NCBI RefSeq assembly: GCF_001194135.2
Contig: NC_068989.1
Coordinates: 57,755,270 to 57,791,298, forward strand
Reading direction: 5' to 3'
From: Octopus bimaculoides
Taxonomy: Eukaryota
DNA: 36,029 nucleotides
The notes under the pieces were generated by a model. It did no database searches and was not told the origin of the DNA. It saw only the letters and a list, made by a program, of their open reading frames with translations. Position 1 is the first letter of the stretch. Every line of letters starts with the position of its first letter. The position numbers and the translations under genes were made by a program. This document shows, piece after piece, positions 18,901 to 30,337 of the stretch.

Positions 18901-21900
18901 ATGCTGACATGGGTTAGATGGTTTGACCAGGGCTGGTAAGCTGAAGGACTGCACCAGACTTCAGTCTGATTTGGCATGGTTTTCTACAGCTGGATGCCTT
19001 TCCTAATGCTGTGAGAGTGTAATGAGTGCTTTTATGTGCCAACACCACGGGTGCCATTTGTGTGACATCAGTATCTGCCACAACTACAATTTTGCTTGGC
19101 TTGATGGGTCTTCTGAAGCACAACAATGCCAAAGGTCTCAGTCATTGCCTCCATGAGGCCCAATGCTCAAAAGGAACTCAGCCACTTTGACTCTGTGAGG
19201 CCCAATGCTCGAACGGTGCTCTTTACATGCCACCAGCATGGATGCCAATTATGTGACACCAACATCAGCCATGACTACGATTTCACTTGGCTTGATGGGT
19301 CTTCTCAAGCACAGCATATCACCAAAGGTCTCAGTCACTAGTCATTGCTTCTATGAAGCTTAAAGTTTGAAGATCATGCTTCACCACTTCATCCCATGTC
19401 AGTGTAATGTAATTAATCAATTGGCTATTTGATGAGTGTTTTGTGTATTTGTGTGTGCACACACATATGGACGTGTGTATATGTTTGAGTATGCATATGA
19501 GCATGTGTATGTGTGAGGCTAAAGTATGTGTGTGTGCACATGCACACATGCATGTGCAAACGCTTGTGTTTAGCAGTTGACATGTTGACAACTGGGTTTA
19601 GTGGTATAAGCTATATTGTTGTTTGTCCCCACCAGGTCAGTCCTGATTGAACCAACCCATGATCAAAGATACTCCAGCCATTATCCCCTCCCATCTCATT
19701 TTTGTATTCAGACATATTAAAGCAATTATATTATCCATTGGGTTGATCTCATTTTTAAAATTTAAAAAAAAAGGTGTGTGGTTTGAAAGAGATTTTATTG
19801 CTGTTTCCAGAAGGTTAGCACAGCAAAATCATCAAAAAGCTTACTTGCCTTTTCTCTTTTCTGTTGTTTAAAAGTATTGTAACCACTTACCTTTGCCCCA
19901 ATGTAAACCTCATTCTTGATACTGGTACTGCATGTCACTTGGAAACCAGCACTAGAAACTGAGTGAAGATGGCTCTGTGTGTGGCAATCTAAAATATGAT
20001 AGACCCTTTTAGATTCAACGCCTTCCCACAGCCAGAAAAATGAACGGCCCTAAAATAATGAGAAAAATGATAGTAATAATATAGAGATACACCAAAAACA
20101 CTCCACAAATCATCCTCATCAATATTATAACGGTGATGAACCTAACAATATCTTTCGTGTTTAGTTACACATTTTTACATTTCCAGTTCATGTCAGGGTG
20201 AACTCTAACTTTCATCCTTCTAGGGTTGATCTCTCTTTCGCTCTCTCTCTCTCTCCTCTCACATTCTTTTTCATCTTCACGGGCCATGAGCAAGGAAATA
20301 GTCTTATGACAGTCAGTTGAAGGAAGAATCAACAGAGGAAGAAAACATCTAAGCTATGTGGACAACTTGCTTCAGGACAGTGGAATGATGAATATTAATG
20401 AAATAAGAACATGCATGAGGGGGAGGCCATGATGGTTGGCATGCTCGTGTGAAATCAGTGAAGCATTTGGGAGAATGGCCAAACTGGAAAAAAAAAGTGT
20501 TGACAAAAAATACCAGGATGATGAGTTGGTAAAAGTGTAAGAATGTCAGACTAGATACTTTGCAGTATTTGTTTCAGATCTTTGTGTTCTAAGTTCAAAT
20601 CCAGCTGAGGTCATCTTCTGCTTCTCAACTTTCTAGGGACAATAGTATAAAGTACTACTCTAGGGCCATGAACTTGCAGAATTGGTAAAGCATTGGACAG
20701 AAGTCATTGCTGTATATGTTCCAGCTCTTTTTGGGGCTCAAATCCTACCATGGCTTATTTAGATACTAGACTGACTTTATCACCCAATATAACATTACAG
20801 CCTGGCACCTTGGGTAAGTTAAGCAGAGTTCACTCTATTGCAAGTATTTGAACCAGGTTCAGATCTCTGGTTTGAGGATACCTTCCTTCCACTATTCTCA
20901 GAGGCCCATGATGAGACATGAACACTGTCCTCTCTCCAGACTAATAGATGAAAAAATATTTTCAAACTTTCCATTAGTTGCTGGTTATTTCACAAATTTA
21001 AAAAACAAAAATTGAGAATGGGTCTGATACTGGCCAATCAGCTGAAGGACCAATACCTTTATAGTTTGTATCTAGCCACTGACAATATCACGTGTGTATA
21101 GAAAATAAACACTCGGGTATTAAAAACTCACCTGACTTAGCTGCAAATTTGCAATGCATAAGAAGCAATGTAAACTTAACTAAAGGAATAATAGAAATGA
21201 ATGTGGAATGGCACAGAGGAAGAGGAAGACAGAGCTAAAGATGCTGAAGGAAGAAAGGAAGTTTAGGAGGAGGAGGTGTTGATGATGATGATGAATAGTT
21301 TTATTAAGTATCTGTTGTATTACAATGTTTTGTTGAGGGGTTGTTGGCACTCCGCTTACGACGTCGAAGGTTCCAATTGATCCGATCAATGGAACAGCCT
21401 GCTCGTAAAATTAAAGTGCAAGTGGCTGAGCACTCCACAGACACGTGTACCCTTAACGTAGTTCTCGGGGATATTCAGCGTGACACAGTGTGACAAGGCC
21501 GACCCTTTGAATTACAGGCACAACAGAAACAGGAAGTAAGAGTGAGAGAAAGTCGTGGTGNNNNNNNNNNNNNNNNNNNNNNNNNNNNNNNNNNNNNNNN
21601 NNNNNNNNNNNNNNNNNNNNNNNNNNNNNNNNNNNNNNNNNNNNNNNNNNNNNNNNNNNNNNNNNNNNNNNNNNNNNNNNNNNNNNNNNNNNNNNNNNNN
21701 NNNNNNNNNNNNNNNNNNNNNNNNNNNNNNNNNNNNNNNNNNNNNNNNNNNNNNNNNNNNNNNNNNNNNNNNNNNNNNNNNNNNNNNNNNNNNNNNNNNN
21801 NNNNNNNNNNNNNNNNNNNNNNNNNNNNNNNNNNNNNNNNNNNNNNNNNNNNNNNNNNNNNNNNNNNNNNNNNNNNNNNNNNNNTAACAGTCAGTCATCA

Positions 21901-24532
21901 TTTTCTCAAGACATGGGAACTTTGCATCCAAATTGTGATCCTAGTTGAAAAAAATCCAATAAAAGACAAAATGGTAAAGAATTAAATTTAAAAAAAAACA
22001 GCACCAAATCTTTCGAAAGTAGAATTATTTTTAAAAATTGCATTTAAAAAAAAAAAATGGCAATTTCAGTATGATGACATGATTCAGTCCTTTCTGTTGA
22101 AGCAAATAATGTTTATTGCAAGAACTGACATTGTCATAAAAAATTGGATTTTAAAATTTACTTGATGTATCTTCTTGAGTACAATGGAACTTTAAATATA
22201 GTGCAACCCTGCTTTGTCTTGTTACTAAAAAATCATCATCATCATTTAACATCATACTCTTCCTATGCTGACACAGATTGGACAGTATGGTAGGAATTGA
22301 CACATCAGACTATGTCAAACTCAAAGGTCTGCTCTAGCATGGTTTCTATTGACAGCCATTTTACAGACTGTGTTGTTGTTGTTTTTTTTTGGGGGGGGGG
22401 GGTTGTAGCACCAGCACAGTGAGATTGCCAAGTAACTTGCAAGACAAGACCCCTCAACTGAGTAGGGGTATAATATTGAGGGATGTGGAATTATGCCAGG
22501 TGTTGAAAGGGCTCACTATAAAAGTCAGAAAGCAAACATGGATGTTTGGAATAAACTTATGAAAATGCTTTAGACAGGCATATGATTAAGGTATTGCTAC
22601 ATGTGTATTGTTACATAACAACGTTATTCTCTTCTTCACACTCTTTTACTTTTATTATTTTACTTGTTTCAGTCATTTGACTGCGGCTATGCTGGGGCAC
22701 CGCCTTTAGTCGAGCAAATCGACCCCAGGACTTATTCTATCGGTCTCTTTTTGCCAAACTGCTAAGTTACGGGGACGTAAACACACCAGCATCGGTTGTC
22801 AAGTGAAGTTGTGAGGATAAACACAGACACACAAACACATACACTCACATACATATACATATATATATATATATATATACATATATACGATGGGCTTCTT
22901 TCAGTTTCCGTCTACCAAATCCACTTACAAGGTTTTGGTCGGCCCGAGGCTATAGTAGAAGGCACTTGCCCAAGGTGCCACACAGTGGGACTAAACCCAG
23001 AACCATGTGGTTGGTAAGCAAGCTACTTACCACACAGCCATTCCTGCGTCTACACTGTATACAAACTAACATAAAGTCACAAGCCTCATAGTTTTAATAT
23101 GATAGAAGGATAGAAAGTTCATTTTTTTTGTTTGTACTCAAGTACACACCTTACACAATTTTGACCTCTCAGATTAGACCTGAGTAAATACATTACACAA
23201 CATTGCAGACATTAACATTTATAAATTGCCTTTGAAGCATTTATTTCATAGTAGTTAGGTTACGTGCAGTAAAAACAGATTCTTTCCAAATCAATGAAAG
23301 AACTTCGATACAGTTGTTTGACCTGTTATAATTAGCAGCCAAATTCTCCCCAGATCACACATCTACCATTCCTTAAACACAAACAAATGTAAAAGAAGAG
23401 GTAGATGTATAAAGCCTGAAATGAGAAAAAAAAAAGGTACTTAGTTACCTTAATCATTGGTCTTTTATTATCAAGAACAGCAGCTGCAATTTCTGATACA
23501 AAGTTTAGTTTTTCAAAAGGTCTACATCCAGTTAAAATTTCATATGCCACAATGCTCCAGGAATAAATATCAACCTATTGAAGATAACAAAAGGGAGTAA
23601 AGCAACATAAAAAATAGGGATTATTGTTCAATTATAAACTCTTTACCTGTCCTGTGAATCACATGAGATACACAGGACATGCATCATTTATGGTACACAT
23701 TTCCATGCATCATGTCTATGCATAATTTATGTTACACATTCCCATTTCTTTTTCAATCACAAGATTAACTTGCAACTTATAAAAGAAAAGCTGATGTCCA
23801 TGCACCATTTATGACACGCATTCCCATTTTTTTTTTCAACTAACAGATTAGCTTGCAATTTATAAAGAAAAGCTTTATAGTATGCAGAACATATGAAACA
23901 TGGGCTCACTGAAAGTCAGAAAACAAACATGGACGTTTGGGATAAACTTAGGAAAATGCTTTAGACAGGCATATGATTAAGGTATTGCTACATCTGTATT
24001 GTTATACAACATTATTCTCTTCTTCACACTGTATACGAACTTACCCAAAGTCACAATCTTCATGGTTTTAATATTTGCCACAACAGTCTACCACCAATTT
24101 CTTTACAATCAGTGGGGATTTTTCTCTTTTTGTTTTACATCAGTTCTATTAAATATTTGTTGTATTACATAGCTACACAACTCATTTCGTCCTCTTCAAA
24201 ACAAACCAGGATTAAAAAGTATACTTCACAATCATGTAGCTCCTGATCTGATCACACTACATGGCTCCTTGTTTTGTTTTTTTTTCTATCGTAGTTTTGG
24301 GTCAACTAGAACAACAGGAGTAAATCTTGACAGATGGAAACTGGGTGGAAGTCCATTGTATATGTATATGATCATCATCATTGTTGGTGACATTATATAT
24401 CTGTTTTCCTATGCTTGCATAGTAAAAAACACAAGGTAGAACTACTATGGTTCTATATATGCAGATGTAATACTGCCTCAATAATCATGCTACTACTTGT
24501 TGCATATCTATATATATATATATCTATATATA

Positions 24533-24574
<42 letters not shown>

Positions 24575-25210
24575 TTAGGGATAAAATCCAAAATTACAGG
24601 TAAAAACTCAATTAAAATCAATTTATTAAAAATTTAAATTAAATTAAGTTTCACAGTATAAAATGTATATAAATATATAGTTTTAGGGAAAAGAACCAAG
24701 GTTCATGAACTCATCAATTAGCTATATCTTTGAATAGAATTGATTTTCGATAGTTTTAATCGATTTAATTTTCTTTCTATTTGAAAATTGGTTATGAAAC
24801 ACGTGTTGTCATTTTATTATCTTTATCTTATGATATTTACTTTGTATTATATTATACTTATTTATTGTGCTTTTAATTATTAATTTTTCTATATGNNNNN
24901 NNNNNNNNNNNNNNNNNNNNNNNNNNNTCTATATGTGACAGTGGATTTTCATTGATGAGTTCATGAACCTTGGTTCTTTTCCCTAAAACTATATATATAT
25001 AAGCAATGTTAATTCTCTAAATGAAGTATTAACAGTAACTGCACGATAAAGTGTCGTGCTACAGATCATGATGGGAGGGATAACTTCCCTTGGCAAACAG
25101 GACACAGTAGTGTGTCGATAAGCCAGCTGGAGGAGATGTCCTCCTGGGGCTAAAAGCAACAGTAACATCCACCCCTAGGGGTCAGCCACACTTAAGTGGT
25201 AATATACTAC

Positions 25211-25241
<31 letters not shown>

Positions 25242-28200
25242 GAATTCAGTGTGCACATGCGCATTGCATGTTCGTACTTCTCTTTCCGGTTCATATTCAA
25301 AACTGTTTATATATCACAACCATCTCACAAACGTGTGTTCGTGAGGAGCACTTTGCACTCTGATGGTTGTGTACTAACGGGTATTATTTTACAGGGAAAT
25401 AACTCTCACCTGATCATTTAAGACCTATATTCTTACGCCATTGATGACGCCTTTTTTTTTACATTATTTATGTTGAAATACACTTATTTTGTTGCAATCA
25501 ATTTTGAAAATTTTGAGAATTTAGTAAAATAACTTGGCCATTATTAAGCTGGGGTTTGAAACATACATTTTGATGGAAGGTTTTAACCTACTCTTTCTTT
25601 TTCATTCTAAAAGACTGCAGCCATGCTGGAGCACTGCCTTAAAGTGTTTTAGTCAAAGAGATCGATACCAAGACTTATTCTTTGTAAGCCTAGTAGTTAT
25701 TCTATTGGTCTTCTTTGCCGAACCACTAAATTAGAGGGATGTAAACACACCAATATCGGTTGTCAAGCGATAAGTGAGTGACAATCACAGACACAAAGAT
25801 GCACACATAAATTTATACATATATATGTGTGTGTGTGCGTGACAGGCTTCTTTTCCATTACATTTCAGACAGATTCAGTGCTGGGTTGCTGAAGCAGAAA
25901 TAGCAAATATTCTTGCTCAATACCACAGCCTTGCTTGTCAGTTGCTTAACAATAACCACTCGAGCATGTCCCTTAGTGGCTGACAATATGTGCATCTCTA
26001 ATGATGAACAGGAGTAGTTGAGGGGCATCATAGTCATGTGTTGAGAGGGACTGTTTAGGAATTGAATAAATGTAACAAAAGTAAAATTTGATGGAAATAT
26101 TAAGCATTTTTCATACTTTCTAGGGGTAAGCAAACAGGAAATAACAGTTGCTACCCAAGGATAAAAATCATGCTACAGGATGTTATATTCATATAGTCGG
26201 AATATTGAATGTGAAAAGTGTGCTTGGTGAATACTAGTTAATTGATAATTGGCTGAAAATGAGTTTTAACACCAAATTACTAAGCTCTTTCAGATTCAGT
26301 TCACTAATAATGCCCCAAATCATTTCAGGTGTATATCAACCCCTTGAATAGCCACAGAGATCCCCCACCACCACCACCACCCAGAGACCAATACTGACCA
26401 CTCGACCAATTCCTGCATTTAATAGTAAAACAAAGAACAAAACATCTATCTTACACAGTTGTCAAATGAATATCTCTGTAAAATTTCTGGTGCTTGATAT
26501 CCAGGGGTTCCAAGCATTTTTTTCAGTCCTTTTGGTGTAGCGTATTGTGAGAAATTATAGTCAGAAAGCTTCACATTGACATCAGCATCTAAACTCAAAG
26601 TCCAGGTTAAGATATTGTCTGATTTCAAGTCTCCATAAATAATGTGTTTTCTATGAAGATATGATAGTCCTCTGGCCACCTAAAAAAATACAGGGGGAAA
26701 AAAAAAACAAATAAAATATACAATAAGTATGTCTGGTACATTTTAAAAGAAATTACTGGTACTTTCCTTTCTTTATAATTTTTTTTTTTTTTATGCTTGG
26801 ATGTCCTTCTACCACCAACAATTTCGTAACATTGACGGAGTATATTTTACCCTCTCACCAGCACAGAAAGGCATGAAGTTAGTGTCTCCTCTATTCTACA
26901 GAGTGGGCCAAAGGTAACGCACCAAAAACCTGACATTATGTTTATATTGCACCATTATCATTATTATTATTATTCATTTTGTTTATCACATACAAGAACG
27001 TGTGTATTTATTATTATTTTATTTATTTTATTCAATTCTAGAAAAATTGAAACATGTCTTTGACAATTCCGGAGCACATTGAACTTATGTGCATGACTTT
27101 TGACCTTGCCTGTATATTTGATTTTTTTTTTATCATTCAGAGTTACACAGCCTAGTTTGCAGAGCCTGCAAATATTATCAGAGTTCAACTGTTTGATACC
27201 AACACGCCTGGGATCAACTCTGGTTCCATGATGCCAACCTCCTATTCCAAAGTGTTCTGCATAAAAATCTTGCTTCAAAATTTCATGTCAATTTATGTAC
27301 CAAACAGCAGCTTAATAATGATAAAGTTATTTTACTAAATTATTTATTATAGATACAGGCATGGTTGGTTAAGAAGTTTGCCTCCCAATCACAAGAATTC
27401 AGGCCCAGGACCAGGCCAACCAAGCCTTTGCAAGTGGATTTTGTAGAAAGAAACTGAAAGAAGCCTTTCCTACATGCATGTGTGTGTATTGGTATGTGTG
27501 TGTGTGTTTGTGTGTGTGCGTGTTCTCTTGTCATTGTTTGACAGTTGTAACTGTTATACAAGCTGTGTCATTCATCATTTAACGTCTGCTTTCCTTGCTG
27601 GCATGGATCAGATGGTTTGACTGGAACTGATAAGCCATATGGTTTCTATGGCTGGATGCCCTTCCTAACATCAACCACCCCAAGAGTGTAATGGGTGCTC
27701 TTAACGTGCCACTGGCACCAGCGCTAAAGGTCTCAGTCACTTGTCATCACCTCTGTGATGCCCAACATTTGAAGATCATGCTACCAGCAATGGTACCTTG
27801 CTTTGAAACAGCTGAGAGTTGGCAACAGGTAAGGCAACTAAGTGGCCATAGTAAATTTGTCTCTAAACTCTGAGATGAGAGATGTGTGCGTGAAGTAGAG
27901 AGCCTGGTGGAGTAGAAGGTTCATGAATGGCTTAAGTTTACAGTGAAAAACTATTCTGTACACTGATAATTGATATCATTCTACACTATCTACTTGAGAG
28001 TAAAACTTCTCAGAGAACATTTATGGAGCTGCACAATTTGCTACAAACAGCAACTATATCTCACTCAAATGACATCCTACTAGATTTTAAAAAAAAAGGA
28101 AGAATACAATGAATAAAGTAGTTTACATGGTAGAATAAGTGCCAATGACCTCTTCGCTTTTATAGAGACTCGATTAATCAATGCTTTCTATTGAATTTAT

Positions 28201-28274
28201 AGAAAACAAGCTAATATGATAATGTGACAGTCATGCTTTTCTAACAAGCATTAGCAATATAACTGAATCAAGCG

Positions 28275-28318
<44 letters not shown>

Positions 28319-30149
28319 GAGTGCATGAATGAAATAGAAAGACAGAGCTGTGGATGATAGTTTACCTGGAAGAGAATTCTATAACATAGCAATTTAGGAA
28401 AGAGAATTGTTTCTCCTTTGTGTTTCTTTAGTTGTGAGTTGATGACATGACGAAGGCTGCGAAGAGGTGCTAGTTCCATCAACATGCACATAGGACTGAT
28501 TGAGAAGCCAAACATGGAGATGATACAAGGATGGTTTAAGTTACTTAACAGTGTTACTTCATGTTGCATTTCTTGTAGATTACACAGAGCCTGTAAGAGA
28601 TGATAAAAAAAAAAAATCAAAATATTGATAGGATATTGAAAAATAGAAAACCCTAAACTTGAATGCTGAAGTTTTCTACTGCTTACATCCATTGTTTGAT
28701 ACATGCAGGAACAAGCTGGTTTATTAGATGGAATGAAGTCTTCTATATGGGATGACTTTGGGACTTCTAATCACTTAATAAAGAAAATAGAATGTAGTCC
28801 ATTTCTGTTCAAATAGATTAACAGGAACAATCAGAGTTACCTACCTTGTTCAACTATAGAAATACTAAAATGCCAGAATAAAATGCCTTACATTTTGACA
28901 AAATTAGATGTTCACCTTTTCATTCTCAAATTAAAACAACTGAACTTCTAACATTATAAGGACCAAGTATGAAAAGAAAAACATTGCCCAAGAAGGTCAA
29001 AATGCCTCAAACATTCTTTTGAGTGATTCCTGCAATGACACTCACAATGCTTCAATAGGTATTTGTCTTTATAACAGATGTATCAATAGATTTTTCTCTC
29101 AAACCAAAACCTGGGAACCATACCTTTGAAAGGCATATGTATACTTAGTATGATACACAGATAATAATATTGGTTTCATATTTTGGCTCAAGGCCAATAA
29201 GTTGGGTGGAGGGTGTAAGCCAATTTTAATAACCCTAGTGTTCAACTGGTACTTATTCATCCTGAAAGGATGAAAGGCAAAGTTGACTTTGGTAGAATTT
29301 GAACTCGGAACATGAAGATGGACAAAATGCCACTAAGCATTTTGTTTGGCATGCTAACAATTCTACCAGCTCACTGTCTTATGATGGATGAAATGCTACT
29401 GAGAACTTTTGTCCAGCATGCTAACGATTCTTATTTCTTTACTGCCCACAAGGGGCTAAACATAGAGGAGAGAAACAAGGACAGACATAGGGATTAAGTC
29501 GATTACATCGACCCCAATGCGTAACTGGTACTTAATTTATCGACCCCGAAAGGATGAAAGGCGAAGTCAACCTCGACAGAATTTGAACTCAGAACGTAGT
29601 GGCAAACGAAATGCCACTAAGCATTTCGGCCGGCACGCTAACGATTCTGCCAGCTCACTGCCTCATACACAGCTAACAATATTAAAATCACCTTTACTTT
29701 GGAAACTTATCAGCCAAACAATCAAAGTAACATTCTCCTAATTAGATATTTCATTAATACTTACTGATTTTCCTTGGAAATAGCTATCTGAATATAAAGA
29801 GAAATCTTCCTGATCAATGACGTTTTTGTCGAATTCTGACTTAGATGTTTGACTACATTTATCAGAGGGTTTAAATTTGACGGAAGAACCAAAATACTTG
29901 ATAGCAACATCAACACCACAGTATTTCCCAGCATAAACAGAGCCACTGGTGCCACTGGCAATATAACTTGACTGCCTCACAATTTTGGAATCAATGTGGA
30001 ATTTTCTAAAACATCAAAAGAAAAAGAAAGAAAAAAGAAATTCATGAAGAAATCACTTTGCAAAGTGGTACAATTATAATGAAGATGTAATTAATAACCT
30101 CAGAAGAAAGGACTGTATGTGTGAGTATGAGTGTGTTCATATATGTATG

Positions 30150-30222
<73 letters not shown>

Positions 30223-30290
30223 GTGCATACGTATGTGTATATGTGTATATGCATATATATGCATATACATATATATACATNNNNNNNNNN

Positions 30291-30337
<47 letters not shown>

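Larger units (their letters stand above)
22509..24074. repeat. Local direct duplication (~170-185 bp): 22509-22642 plus 23052-23100, versus 23902-24074
   Basis: Identical 42-nt core at 22561-22602 and 23952-23993; copy 1 is interrupted by a SINE. Confidence 0.88.

Noticed and set aside
18914-19345. Internal tandem subrepeats resembling a repeat-spacer array
   Set aside because: Degenerate subrepeats of a eukaryotic retroposon; no constant repeats with unique spacers and no cas genes, so not CRISPR.
21542-21985. Long plus-strand ORFs across the N block
   Set aside because: Artefacts of unknown bases; only the minus-strand start at 21940 is supported.
22162-22224. AG...GT-bounded segment upstream of the subdomain XI exon
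   Set aside because: The required phase 0 starts with TAA.
23262-23448. Possible 33-nt intron followed by a subdomain XI exon directly after 23449
   Set aside because: The intron is implausibly short, all frames hit stops without a CW..RP motif, and a better exon exists at 21940.
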